From positions 30,122,213 through 30,186,212 of the forward strand of contig OZ234493.1 in the NCBI GenBank assembly GCA_965153455.1: 64,000 nucleotides of DNA, in the 5' to 3' direction. The notes under the pieces were generated by a model. It was not told where the DNA came from. It saw only the letters and a list, made by a program, of their open reading frames with translations, and did not search any database. This document shows positions 38,401-52,326 of this stretch, one piece after another (position 1 is the first letter of the stretch; each line of letters starts with the position of its first letter). Position numbers and translations under genes: made by a program. This stretch comes from Sphagnum compactum (taxonomy: Eukaryota).

Positions 38401-38993
38401 TTGCAACAACAAGGTTTAAGATTGTGCAATCAAATTACATAATAGAAGGAACATCCATAGGAATTGCATTAGAATAATCAACAACAAAAACAACATCCAT
38501 GGGGACAAATGCACTAGAAGAAGCAACATCAAATTGGGGGGTTTTGTTCCCAAATAAAAATTTAAACTTAAAGTTCTTAGGGGGTTGAAGTTTTGATGCG
38601 GTTTCATGAGATTAGGGACTTAGGGCATACATAATGTGGAAAAAACTTACAACATACACAACAAAGAACTTAAGGCATACAAAATGTGAAAAAAACTAAT
38701 GGAATACACAATGTGAAAGGAACTAAAGGTTTTGAACATAAATGAATCTTGCTTCATCCATGCCGCATGGTGTGATGATCGATCTTGGTTGCGAGTAACT
38801 ACCTTTTGTTGCACAAAGATCACAAAAGTTTGGTGCCACAAAATTGTGAACAAAAATTAACATTGCCAAGCATTGATGAACACTTTGTAATTGACAATGG
38901 AGTTTTAATGTTTGTTCATAAGTTAAACATCACGAACAAAAAAGTAAAACCAAAAAGAAAATCACAAATTGAATTGCAAAATTGACTTGAGTG

Positions 38994-39120
38994 TGATGAC
39001 ATTTTTTATTGACATAACTTGTTAATGACTATGAGCATGATGATATTTTTTATTGATGTAACTTGTGATTGATTACAAGCATGATGACATTTTCAATCAA
39101 CATATTTGTGAATGACTATG
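38994..39120 (+). repeat. Three diverged tandem copies of a ~43-bp unit
   Basis: tgatgacattttttattgacataacttgttaatgactatgagc-like units at ~38994, 39038 and 39082. Confidence 0.7.
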
Positions 39121-39124
39121 GGAA

Positions 39125-40153
39125 TCTTATATATTAATTCAGTTAGTCTGTGCATGCGTCTGTCTGACACGACAATTCTGCCATAGAAAATGCAGAACCG
39201 GCCTCTGCATTTTCTATGGCAAAACCGGGCAATGCACAGACAGTAACTTACCCGGTACTTTACCGGTTTTCACAGTCATTGCTAACACAAGTACAATTCG
39301 CCTTTTGGTACTTATTACCCTCTTCCTTAATTTACTATTTTTCATCAGCTATTTTTACGTTTATTGTCCAACTTTACTTTTACCGTCCAAACATTTCCTT
39401 CGCAAATTATTGCTTCTCCTTGGTACTTGCTCTCTACGGCTATAGCAAATTGTAATGACATTCTTTAATACAGGGGAAATAGCCAAAATTTTCAATAATT
39501 GTCTACAAAACGAAATGACTCTTAAGATTTCTTTTTCTTTCATATTTTGAATATGGTTGTGGATGATAGCCAAGTGAGCAACGTCAGGAAATTAGGGGGG
39601 GAAAAAAAAAAACATTGTATCAGTCCATTTTCTCTCCAAAATACATTCAGAGTTAATGATTTTCTCCAAAAAGATTTAACCCAAAAATTGGGAAATTTTC
39701 CTATAAATGTGCATATCTAGAGTAACTTCAACTAGTTTTGCTAGATTTTTGGGCGAAAAAACTCCAATTTTTTATTTCCAAAAAGTGGAAAAATAAGTAG
39801 TGTGTCTGTCACAATAAATAAATAAAATAAAATAAAATAAAAGCTGCTTTGCGCCTTTGTGTGTGTCTCTTTTGGTTTAAAGAAACCAGGGGACTTCATA
39901 GTGTCCAAAGGTCACGGGCAATGCATTTTCTATGACAGAATTGGGTCGTGGTGGCGGCGAGACACACGCCAGCCATCGATCGCATCGTCACCACCGACAG
40001 GGGAACGGGGGGGGGGATCAACGGGTTAAAGAATCGAAGTGGAAAATGCGAAGGACGGGGGGGGGTCGACGAGGTAAAGAACCGGAGTGGGCAATGGGAA
40101 GGACTGAGCGGGGGGGAGCTCGACGGGTGCATTATGCACCGGGTTCACACTAG
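39125..40153 (+). mobile_element. Non-autonomous Helitron (1029 bp)
   Basis: 5' end a|TCTTATATATTAA; 3' end has the GC-rich hairpin GGTGCA-tta-TGCACC about 9 nt before CTAG|t; inserted between A and T with no TSD; CpG-rich relative to its flanks. Confidence 0.8.
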
Positions 40154-41938
40154 TTTAAATGTAATTGTCAATCCACTCAAGAATTAGGATCAATCAATTT
40201 CCAAGGCATCTAGGAATCTTGAGAGCAATTTGTGGAATCACAAGTGTAGATGTGAACTATTTGTAGATTTGTCAATTAGGATAATGAGTGACTTGGGAAT
40301 CATGACTTGTGAAGTAGTTGGCTATGAACAAATGTTGACAATCCCATTCAAGATTGATCCTAATGGATTCCGACAATCTAGTGTCAATGCATTTATCAAG
40401 ATCTAGACACATAATCCCAAAAACCACCACCAAACTCCCAAATATCATCAAAATTTATAATCATGATGATCAATTAGACTATTGACACAACACACAAGAA
40501 CCCAAAGGCCAAAACACACACATTTGAAAACCTAATAATAACTTGTCACTCTAAACATAACAAAACAAAGTCATAGACTTGGGTAGGAAGTTGAGTCTTG
40601 GAAGCTAGAACCTTGAAATGTTAAACTTTGAAGGTTCAACAACTAACACCACTCAAACACAAAGATAATGTGATGTTTGGTTTTTGGAAATTACTTTGAC
40701 ATTTATTATTTGGAGGTGATATTGCATGGCAAATTGCAATGTTCAAACTGTTCAACTTTCAAGTTTCAACATCACCGTTGCAAAATTTAGAATTTAGACC
40801 TTCAAAGTACAAGACTCCAAGCTCATCGCTTCAGAATTGGCATTGCACAATGATAGCATGTTGCAACTCCATTACTCCAACTCAATTTGTTGAGGAATTT
40901 GTAAAATCTACATTTTTAATGAATTGCAAGCATTGAATAACATAATGTTTAAACATACAATGATAATATTGGTGAACATTACAAAAATCAAAGCGGCAAA
41001 GGTGGGGACAACAAATTGTGATATGCGAAGACATGAGGTGAACTTTTTTAGGAGTAATAAAATAGTGAGAATAGAGGATGTAGAAAGGCATCGCACTATG
41101 CAATCTTAAGTTTTTGACATGATGATTTAGCCTCTTCACCTTGAGCCATCTACAATTCAACTAATGCCAAGAAATGTACGATGAAACATTAGTGGCAATC
41201 GCCCATCAACAATTCATATGGATTTGGCAAATGATTTCACTTTTTAAAAAAAATCCATGCTTACAATTTGCAGGCCTTTTAATTTATGGGCATTTTGACA
41301 AAATTTCACACAAAAAAAACAATGGCTTGAACTCCAAAAGGTTTGGACCATGTTGATTGGTTATTGGGTTTTCATAACTAACCATTTGTTACTTCTTTTT
41401 TTTTTACCACGCCAAATATCAATTAGTTTTTTTGAACAATCAATTATCAGTTTCATTGTCAAAGAACCATCAATTATACTACCTAGATAGGTTTGTATTT
41501 GTATTTTCATTTCCGTTCTTTTTCCTATCATGAACATGTTTAAGGTTTTAGGATTGGAATTTTTCATTCAAGTGGATCACCCTACCTTGAATGAAATTCC
41601 AATCATATGGGTGGGTCATTAAAATTTGAAAATTCAATACCTGACCCATAAGGGTCTTGTCGGTTCTTGGAATGATATGTACAAAGTGAATAGGTTATCA
41701 ACTTGGTCTTCAAAATAAATCAATAACTGATTGGTAGGTTATCAATAGTTGGGTTGATAGCTAGATTGATAACTGGGCGTTTTCTTGATAACCAGCCAAC
41801 ATTGGTTCGGACTCCACCTCTGGGATAAAATAAAATAGAATGTCCAAAGCAAAAGAAAAACATTGAAATTCCATAAACCTAAAAACCTCTTAGAATTTGT
41901 TTAGTGTATTTGGTGATCACATTACAAAAATTCAATTC

Positions 41939-42877
41939 TGACGCACTCCCAAGTTCCTAGTGGACCCACTTGAGGGTCCAAGTATGTGGCAATGCGGAAG
42001 GAGTTGGAACTTGGAGCACGCTCCCGACTTCTAGCACTAGAGGGGGGTGAGAGGGGTGTGCTAGAAGTCCCTGGATAGACTAGGAAGAGTTGACAAGCTT
42101 TACTCACTCACACGGGCCTGCATGAAACCACACAAAGTGGTTAGAATTCATTCTGGGTCCTTTTGGTGTTGGGACAGCCACGGGTGAACTCGAACTCACT
42201 TTGACACACCACACCCCGGGCTCGGGAGTAAGCCACCACCTTACTCCCTTATAGTATACTCTGTGACTCGTCGCGGGGGTGGCATCCAAATGGCCTTTTT
42301 GTCCCGGGACTCCCGCGTGGGAGTCCCGAAATCGTGCAACTTTGGACTCCCGCGACTTTGAAGCCTCATAACTTTCGGAGCAGACCTCCAATTGAGTTGC
42401 CGTCTAAAGAAAAGTTGTAGGTCTCGTCAAGACCTTTCCAATGGTATGTCGCACGTTTTCTGCAGCCAAGTATTTTGGGTCGATTCCCGACTTTTAGTGG
42501 TCGGGAGTCAAAATTGGCGGACTCCCGGGAGTTCGACTCCCGGGCCTTCTTTTGGCCATAACTTGTGTTTCAGATGTCCAAATGAGCAATGCGAGCCCAT
42601 TTTAGACATCTACACTTCAAGAGCTTTCCATTGATAAAGAGCGCAACAAGCCATTGAGTTTTGACCCCTCAAAACGCTCTCTGAAGTTTCGAGAGTCCTT
42701 TTGGGACTCCACTCTCACCAACTCCCAACATGGGAGTTCACTTGGGAGTGTGAGGGTTCACTCCCTCACACTCTTTGCACTCCCGGGAGCATGTGATATG
42801 ACTCCCGGGTCTACTTATAGGCCCGCACACTTGCGACCCCCTTGCCTTGGTCGCGAGCCAAGGCTAGGGTTGCGACA
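41939..42877. mobile_element. Young solo LTR (family B, 939 bp)
   Basis: TG...CA termini with imperfect inverted ends (tgacgcactccc / gggttgcgaca), perfect 5-bp TSD aattc (41934-41938 and 42878-42882), retained CpGs, and repeated ggagtcccg/gactcccg motifs. Confidence 0.92.
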
Positions 42878-45800
42878 AATTCTATCTCCACCAAGAGACT
42901 ACACTCATTGAAATGCTCACCTCTCTTAATTATTTTGCCCTGGTGGGTATCACAAGGCAAAATAAAACGTACCAGGTTTCGACCATTTTTTAGCTTTGGT
43001 AATGCCCTCAGAACGGGGTGTTCCCAAAGTAAGGTAACATGGGAACTTACTTTGGGATCACACTGCTCCGAGGGTGGTGGGTATTGTACATGTACCCAAT
43101 GGGCCATCAGATGTTTGAGGAAGTTAACTTGACATAGTTGTTTTCAATCCTCTTGGGCTTGTTCCTTCTTCTTCCAAAACTTGAAGTCAGATTAGGTCTT
43201 GCAAGGGTTGGGTCATATATCTAAACTGAGTTTCACCTCGCGCTCTCTCAAACATGCTCAACCATGTTTGAGTTACATAAACAATTGAATGATAACATTT
43301 TTAGAGTTTCATGGTGAAGTTTTGCCTATCTAAAGTGTGCTCAAATGTTAGACCTCATGATTTAAACAAACTTGTCACACAAATGACATGCACCAAGTTC
43401 CAACACAATGAATTAAATTGAATTGAATGGTATTAATACATTGAGGGTTGGTGGGGGAACCGTTGTGCGGTCCAACTGAATAGAGAGGTACCTGATGAAA
43501 GCATGACGCTGGGGATGGGCAAGGGTCATGCTGAGCAAACACATGATGACTACAAATTGACGACTATTGTACCCCTAAAGAACTAAGAAATCTCCTTTGT
43601 TTATGTATTGGACTTTTTAAGCATGTCCACAGGTTCCCTATTTAGGGGGTCCACATCAGTTTTTTACCAAATCAAACATACAGTAGAGTTATCTGGAAAG
43701 TCACCCTCTCTTCATCCTGTCTTTGGGCCTGCTTTCACCCCTTATCCCCTCTTTCAGTGGTATCCACAAAGTAAGGAAAATTTATTAAATCTCCGTATGA
43801 AATGCTGAAACTCAGCATTTACTGCATAAGGTTCGAAACTAATTATAGTAGTCCTACAGGTAGGAGCAGTGAAAAGATATGTAGCAGCAGTGGAGGCGCT
43901 CAGGAAAATGGAAAGACAGGATGAAACTCAATTCACCACCAAAATTGGTAGCAAAACTAATTTGGGTACCAGTTATTTCGTTCTGTAAAATTTTCATTCC
44001 CAGTTATGTGTTTGATGCCCTATTATGCTGAAACTGGCTGTTCTCGCCCCCTAATAGTGCGACTTTACCGATAACTCTAGTGTTAATTATTCCCCTCATC
44101 CTGACCCAATAACATGGATGATACCTAAATGTCACCCCTTGGGCCAAGTCAAAGAGAGTCATTTCCCCTCTTAGAAGGTGGAATCCTGCAAGTTTTTTCA
44201 GTGAAAACTGTTTGAGACACCAACAAAAGTTTTCATTTGAAGGCTTCAACTGGTTTTGGTTTCTAGTGAAATTTCTCCAGTCACAAAATCTTTATAATAT
44301 TAAATGCAAAACTTGTCTTTGATGTTTTTAATCACCCACATTTTAAAATAAACAATAATAAATATCACCACAAGTCTGCATTAGTTTTCAGTAGGTAGCC
44401 AACAATATACAAGGATGGATGATTCATTCTTTTGCTTTCACATCATCATCATGTTTGCAACAAATTTGGATAAATATTTCTTACAGATAGTTGCAACTTT
44501 AACTACATCACAATAAATTAGTAAATAACTAAATAAATGAAAATTCAATTAAAACACTGTTCAAGACTTGTCTAATAAGTTAGAACAGTAGGTATTTTGG
44601 GAGACTACACCCACCAGACTCACAAATGTCAAGGGCCTCACCTCAAAAACCAATTGTACAAGTGCAAGTATATTGTGACTTGGGGAAGTTGGTAAATCAG
44701 CAATGGGTCCTTATTGTCTGCTTCTTTTTTCCGTGACTGCCCAATTGCCCAACCAAGTTGTGTCTGTTGATGGCCAGACACCTCTTGGTGCTGCCCAGAC
44801 ACAAAAAAAATATTGGGTCTTCTTATGCATGCCCAAAGCGTCGATAACAAGACCCAAATTTTGTGTCTGGGCATCATCCATCCATCTATTTGGGAAATAG
44901 TGAGGTCAAGTTTGAACATAGAAACCCTTTCCTTTCACCCATAGATTGACCAAATTAACTGCAGTTGGATAATGGGTTGGATATAACACATGGAAATATG
45001 TACCCTTACCCTTTTAATTACCCTACAATAACCCTACCCCCCACTAGCAGTATTTTTTTGGTGCGAAAATTTTCCAAAATGAAAAAAATTTAATTAAAAG
45101 AGATGGTTCTTTCACAATATTCTCTTTTTTTGAAAAAAAAATTGTCAAATTTTGGAAAACAAAATATTTTTTTTTTGCCACATTTGGATTCTCATTTTAT
45201 TTTAATAGCATTTTTATAACTAGTTTTAGAAATTATTTAGACATGTTCTAGATTCCTATCTCCATTTAATGATAAACCCCTCCTGGGATACTAGCCATTG
45301 ACACAACATCTGAAAATTGAAAAAAATATCACCACCCATTAGTATGCATTTGAGATTTCCTTTTAAGCAAGGCAAGGGAACATAAAGTGTTGGTAATTTT
45401 GGTACACCTATGTTGAATTAATTTTGGCTCTTGGTTAGGTTTAGCACCTTGTCTAAAATATTTTAGGATTTCAGCACTTCCTATTTAAAATTATTTGACA
45501 CCGGCTAATTTCGAGCAACCCAATCCATTGATCCTTTTACCTAGCTCCTTCATTTACTAGGTCAGTAAAGTGCTACCAAAAGTTGTTATATATATTAGAA
45601 ATAATAATTTAAATACAAAATAAGCATATATATTTAGAATATAAGTCCTACATAGTACTCATTACAAACTTCACTAGCAAACACTAAACATGAGCCAAAT
45701 TAAATGTGACATTAGTCTCAAAATAGTTGCAAGACAATGCCTAGTAAAAACAATATTTTCAAAAAAACATTATTGTACGTGAACTATGATTAATCTTTTC

Positions 45801-46239
45801 ATTATATTTCTTACACAATATTTTCAAGGAAAAAAACGATCTAATGGTTAGAATTTCCCGTTCAACCAAAGGGTACATGGTTTGATTTTTTTTCAAGCTT
45901 TTTTTTTCATGGACAAAAAAACATATGGGCAACTTTTTCAAGCTAGATGCCCCAAGGGAAAGGGGACTTTCTTCAAAGAAAAGGAGACAAAATGGTAGTT
46001 GACCATGTTCCTTCACAAACCAACCTTCCTAAGGAGAAGGGGATTACGTTGTTAAGTTGCTCTAGGCAGCAACTTCCCAAATGTTTGAGAAGAAAATATA
46101 GGGGGTAAACTTTTTCCAAATCAAACATTTTTTATACCATTACAAAGCTTTCAATGCATAGATATTGAACATGATTGTGCATTTTGTCCCAAGTCTTATT
46201 GCTCCTCAAGAGGACTTGAAAATTTGACCCCTAATTTTT

Positions 46240-46600
46240 TTATCATAACTTTTAGCTCATAGCCTCAAATCTAAAATGCAATATCACTTTTGATATCTAT
46301 GCTTTGAGAGTTTTCTAATGGTATAAAGAACATTTGATTTGGACAAAGTTTATACTTTATAATTTCTTTTCAAACATTCGGGAACTTGTTTCTTGAGGCA
46401 ATTTAGTCCTTTTCTCCCTCAAGGAAAAGGGAATTTAGAAATTGGACTTTCAACTTTTCTTTACATCATAACTTTTAGTTCATAGCCTAAATTCAAAATG
46501 CAAGATCACTTTTGATATCTACATTTTGAGAGATTTCCAATGGTATTAAAAAAACATTTGATTTGGAAAAAGCTTATCACCTATTTTTTTTTCTCAAACA
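46240..46600 (+). repeat. Two diverged tandem copies (~220 bp period) of an old fragment related to LTR family B
   Basis: atcataacttttag.tcatagcct.aa...aaaatgcaa.atcacttttgatatcta...ttgagag..tt.caatggtat at ~46242 and ~46466; homologous to 42557-42640 of the solo LTR. Confidence 0.6.
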
Positions 46601-47989
46601 TTTTTCAAATCACTAACATCCTAGGCTAAAAGTAAAAGATTAACCCAAAATTAACATAAGCCCCAAATATACAACCATGAAAACATTTGTCAAATTTTGG
46701 AAATTGGATTTTTTTACAATATTTTCAATCGAAAGCAAAATAGGGAGGTAGCATTTATCTTGAACATAATAACTATACATAGAGATCCAAGATTGAGTAT
46801 TGATGATAGTAACTATGTAAACTTGGGTTCCTTACAAAGCATGACAAAGGAATAGGCTTGGATAATATTCTTTGATTCAAGCATAATCTCACAAATGAGA
46901 AAAATTAATCCCAACATTGTTAAATGGATTCCAATTTAGGAATTGGAAATTCATGATGTCCTAAATCAATGGGACAAGGTTTGGTACCCAAAACCTTGTT
47001 CAAATTGAACCCTCTTATTCAAAATTACATTTTGCATAAATTGAAGATATGAGACACAAGTTATGGCCAAAATAGAGGTTAGGATCAAATTGGTAGTTCA
47101 ACCCCAAATCATTAAAAGGTTTGATAGAAGGTCAAAATACCTCCGAGGCCCAAAACATGGTAAAGTGTACACAAAAAGTGATTTTAAAATTTTTATCAAG
47201 TATTGTGCATATATGAAAATGAAAATAAAGTCAAAATGGGTGGAAATACATTTAAAAAATAAATTGGACTTGTGTTGAATTAATGAAAATCTATTTGTAA
47301 AAATTAAAAACAAATGAAACCAAAAAGTAAATCAAAAGTAAATTCCAAAAAAGATGAAAAAAAGGTTTGTTGGTACTTTAATGCAAAATACTCAATTGAA
47401 TATGTATGTGTTTGATTAAAATATACAGATGAGTAAATTCTTGAGGCCCATGTCAAAATTTTGTTTTATTTTTTATTTGTAAACTTCATTCATATTTTAC
47501 TAAAGTCCACATTTGTAATAAAATTTCAAAAAGTACTTGTATTTTGAAAATACTACTTTCAACCTATTTGTATAATGGTAAATTTTTAAGTGAATGCATG
47601 ATAGTGAAAACTATCTTGTCTTTGATCAAATATGTAAAAACATTTGACATATAATAACTTTATGTTATGTTTTGTTGTTATTTTCAATCTAGACTTGCAT
47701 CCAACTTTGACAAGGTAAATTTGGTGTTCACTTTATTATGTTTTCACCTTCAAATTGGACTAATTGGAGCATGTCAAATGGAATTTTAAAACTTTTATCA
47801 TGGGTTCGAACTTTGCTTTGAAGAGCTTTGGAATAAAAGTCCATATGTGGGAATAATGAGCTTACAAAGTAACAAGCTTCACAACTTGATATAATTTGGA
47901 AATTTTTTGGTATTCCCATTTCGGAGTCTTGGGAATTTTTGCCATTTTGATGGAGTCCTTATCAAACACGTGAAACACAAGAATTTCCA

Positions 47990-48365
47990 AAGGATGTGAA
48001 CAAAGCATGACAAAAAAATAGGCCTAATTTTAAGTCCAAATATGGAACACAAAAACCAATGATAAAAACATGAAATGTGCAAAACATAGGTTTAAGGGGA
48101 ATTTTATTATGAAAACATGAAAAAACAAAAACATAATTATGGTGCAAGATTAACCCAAAATTAATGTTGAACAAACTAAAAGTAACATGAGGAGAATTGC
48201 ATTCATTTATTGTTAGAGACCCAATTTAAAGAAAAATATTTTAAAATATTTCAAATTGATTCAAAATATTTCAAGGAATTTTTTTGGGTATGTTTTTAAA
48301 TTCCATTTTAAATGTATAATGGATGAAAGGTGGACATTCATAGATGAATTCCATTCATGATGATT
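47990..48365 (-). mobile_element. Highly degenerate copy of solo-LTR family A
   Basis: The reverse complement contains ttagtttgttcaacattaattttgggttaatcttgcaccataa, matching 31810-31853. Confidence 0.45.
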
Positions 48366-51300
48366 TTGATGATGATGTTGGGGATGTCATCTATGATATT
48401 TTCTACCACCATTTATAAAATATATCATATGGAAGAAAGTGGCAAGTCCTCCAGTTTAGGCTATGATGAATCATGTGAATATGTGTTTCTTTTGATTTCA
48501 TTCATGCATCATTCTAGTTTCACTTTGCACTAACCATCTTCTTTCTTGATTTGTGCAAATTGCTTTCACCTTGAGTTCAACTTTGTGAATTTGTTCTAAT
48601 CCAATCATGGAACTCCCACACCTTTTTTCTTTGTGGGAATTAGGAAGTGAACCTTAGGTTTGCATTCCATCACAAAATCAAAAATTAATAAGGTTAGTTT
48701 ATTCTCAGTATTACTTAACAAATCTAAAAGTGTGTCATCATCACAAATCAATGCCAAAATACTAGTCCTTTAAATAGTCACCTTAATGGGTGCTAAATTC
48801 AATAATGGACATGTTTCAACAATCTTTCACCCCATCTTACAACTATAGTGCAAAGGTATGAAATCCTCACATTAGTTTTATTCTTTTAAGAAGCATAAAA
48901 ATTGATATAGTTTGAATCACCTTTTTTTTAATTTTTTGATCATTAGCACTTTAAACTTGTACCAAAACAAATGGATGATTCATTGAAACAAATGTTGTTT
49001 CATTTTTTACATGAACACATTTCATATCCATGACCTTAATTCTTTCATTTTTCTCAACATGTTTGTCAAAAGAATCACACTTTGGGACCAATAATTTTTG
49101 TTTGCATTTTATTTTAGTAAACATTTTGCATTTGATTATTGAAAGGTTTGGACATTAAAATTGAATATAGCTTCAATCCATGCCATTTTCACTAATCACA
49201 CATTTTGAAACATTCAAATATACATCTACCTTGTACGTTTACCCAAGCTTTTTTTGGTAGGGACAAAAGGAACATAAAAATTTGAAAATCTTCAACATTA
49301 GTGTCATAAAAAAGAAGGGGAGATGATTTTGAGATGAAAATTCCTAACATTTTAAATGCAAGTTCTATAAGATTTACTGGAAATGTTCAAGGAGTAGAAA
49401 GAAGATTACAACAGATATTGTTTCTAAACCTAAATCCTTCCAGCCAAACAAACTTTGTTATTCTAGCTCTAGGGATCAAACCTTTCTTGATTTCCTCTCA
49501 AAGAGCCAACTGGTTGTTGATGAGTGTGGCAATTAATCCTTCAACAATAGAATCCCCACAAATGTTAACCCAACAACATTACATAATTTCTCTCAGAAGT
49601 TGGATAGAGACTAAGAACAGAGTAGGTAGATGTGATCGTCTACACCTCACAGTACTCTCTTGTTCCAAAATCCTTAGCTCCCATTATATCACAGGTACTT
49701 TCTTCTTAGAATATCCACATTACATGTTCACATCGAACCCCCCCAAGAACTAACAAAGATGATGGCTGCAATTACAATCGTTCCTGAAATCCTAGACTTT
49801 TTATCATTTCTTTCGATTTGGTCCCTAAAATGCAAACATTTAGACCTCTTATCTCCTTCCTAACGCTCTTGGCATAGCGGAAAGTTAGGCGCCAAGTTCA
49901 AGAGAAGAAAAAGTCTAAGGGATTCTGTCCCCAACTAATTACTATCAAAGTCCAAACAAACTCCACACTTCATAACTAGCAGAATTGGAACTTAGCTTCT
50001 CCCACTTCCAAAAGAAAAATCCCCCTTTCCTCCTCGTCAGCCCGTTTCATATATTTTTGTTTGTCCACATCCCTCCACTCCTTTGAAAGCTCAACACCAA
50101 TCATCTCCAAGAACCATGACTCACACTCCTCATAAAGATTGTCCATTGAGTAGCCATGATCCTGCTCCATCACCGAAACCAACTCCCCAAAACCACTCCA
50201 CAATAACCTACAAAACAACAAACAAAGTCAAAAATAGAAAACAAGTAATTGGACTTCTGGTGTCTTTGAAACACAACAACTTCAACATCATCTCCCACAC
50301 AATTGAATTAGGGTTCTTGCTTTCATTCACCCACAGAAAATGTTGGACATTGTTTTTAAGTCGCACTAGTCACATCAAGGGTAAAAATGATGTGATCAAT
50401 AGCATTTGGGGTTTTTAGGTCTATGGGGTGTCATAAAACAAAATTCCCCTTGTTCATCATATTCAACCTCATGAAGTAATGGCACAAGTGTAGGTACTAG
50501 AGATGGGATACTTTCTTTTCAAAGAAGTTCTTGAACTTAAAGTTAGGAGGTGGGGTGATTTTGGGTGCCATTTACAACTTAGAAAAATGACAAAGTTCTC
50601 ATACATGACCTAGGTGTAAAAAGAAATGAAAGATACAAGTTTATAACCCCATAATTGTAAGTCTACACACATTTAAACCATCCCACTTCACATGTTTAAA
50701 CATACACACCAAATGCTTACAATAGAAGACAAATTAATGTGCATGCAAATTACAAAATTTTGAAGAAGTTTATGATTCTCATGTTTTGGTTACTTGCACA
50801 AGAACATGAAACTTATTCAGAATGATATCAAGAGGAGGTGTGTAGCATGCACTAACTAATTTTAATTTTGATTAATTTCAATTTGGAATATGCAAAACAC
50901 CAACAACTTGTTGCTTTAGTCTCCATTGCTCCAAGTTCCAACAACTTAAGTCTTTGTGATGTTATTCATCAATTCACAAGTTTGATCACATTTGGGGAAT
51001 CACAAAATGAATGGGGGTCTTCAAAGATTGAACTCACCCCACACCCAAACTTGACCCCCAATTGATGTGCATTGTGCAGCTTGAGCTCAACAATGTTAGG
51101 AGTAGTGACCATCTAATGTTGATGAACATAAAAGCTTCAAGTAGACCCCATTGCCCTTGAACTTGTCAAATGAACCATATATTACACTACAATGATACAC
51201 AATGGCATTGATTTGTAGCTTGGGCAAACCATTGCAAATGCTAGATACTTGATTTGCCAAACATGAAACATGTTCAAGGGGAGTGAAGAAAATGTGGATT

Positions 51301-51987
51301 TCATTCCCTAAAAAAATTTACGAAAGCTTGAACTTACATGCAACAAAATTGATGAACTGAATCTAAAGTTAGGGTAAAAGCTTCATGGTACCAAAGTTGA
51401 TAGAGCACAAGGAACAACTAGTTGTCACTAAAATTCAAAATAATGAAACAAAAAAGGAGGGATGGGCAAGTGGTCTACTTATGAAATGGACAAATGAAAT
51501 GCTCATCATATGGCTCCTCCGTATCAAATCTAGGACATAGATGGCAATTTGTGTCATGTGCAATGGATATGCCATGTGCGATAGGTGGTGGGTGACCCAT
51601 ATCCTCTTGATGGCCAAATTGTAGCATGTTGCATGCCATTATTATGGCAATCTCCCTTTTGTTTTGCCCTTTTTTAAAAAGTGTATTTTTAGTGGACCCC
51701 TCCAACCAATAAAAAAATGGTGAGTTTTTGCTCCAAAAAAAATATTGATTTCCTCTTTCTAAAATTTGGATGTCATGGCCAAAATGGGATAGGAGGTGCA
51801 TACCAAAATTCAGCAAGAAATAATTTTGTTTTTGGAGATCATTTGAAAAAATTCAAATGTGCAAACCAGGGTCACATACCCTCGGTGTCAAACCTAAAAC
51901 TCATGTACTTGAAAGACTAAGCCAGAGTTTACCAGTTTTAGTCCTTGCCACCAAGCAACTAAAATGAATGCTAAACCTATTTACTTA

Positions 51988-52040
51988 CTTACCTACCTAC
52001 CTACCTACCTACCTAACTAACTAACTAACTAACTACCTAC
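51988..52040. repeat. Compound tetranucleotide microsatellite (CCTA)n(ACTA)n
   Basis: Read directly from the sequence. Confidence 0.85.
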
Positions 52041-52189
52041 CTTCCTTCCTTTGGGTGTTTTTATTTACTGATGGGTTGAAAATTTTAAATTAAAAACTCG
52101 AAAATTAAGTGAATTTGGAGGTTATCCGTTGCCAAAAGTGAGGGGGGAAAAAAACCAAAAAATAAAAGATGTCAGATTTTTACATTTGG

Positions 52190-52326
52190 TTTCCAGTGTG
52201 TAGCCAAAAACATAGACGAATGTTCCAAGTTACATATAAGCATTTATAATCAGATTTGGCTAAATCTTCCTAAGGACAATTGCCACTTTTTCTACAGTTT
52301 CCTACAGATGATTGCCATTTTGGCTT
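52190..52326 (+). repeat. Short interspersed repeat with a related copy at ~44385-44510
   Basis: Shared blocks ttcagt..gtagccaa.aa.ata and atttgg.taaat.tt.ct.a..ga.a.ttgc.acttt..ctac. Confidence 0.45.

Noticed and set aside
41922-43132. Cluster of 60-98 aa ORFs
   Set aside because: They lie in or beside a GC-rich solo LTR and show no protein motifs.
49330-51400. Possible LINE or other coding relics (e.g. ORF 49334-49753)
   Set aside because: No recognisable RT, endonuclease or transposase motif could be read; too degraded to call.
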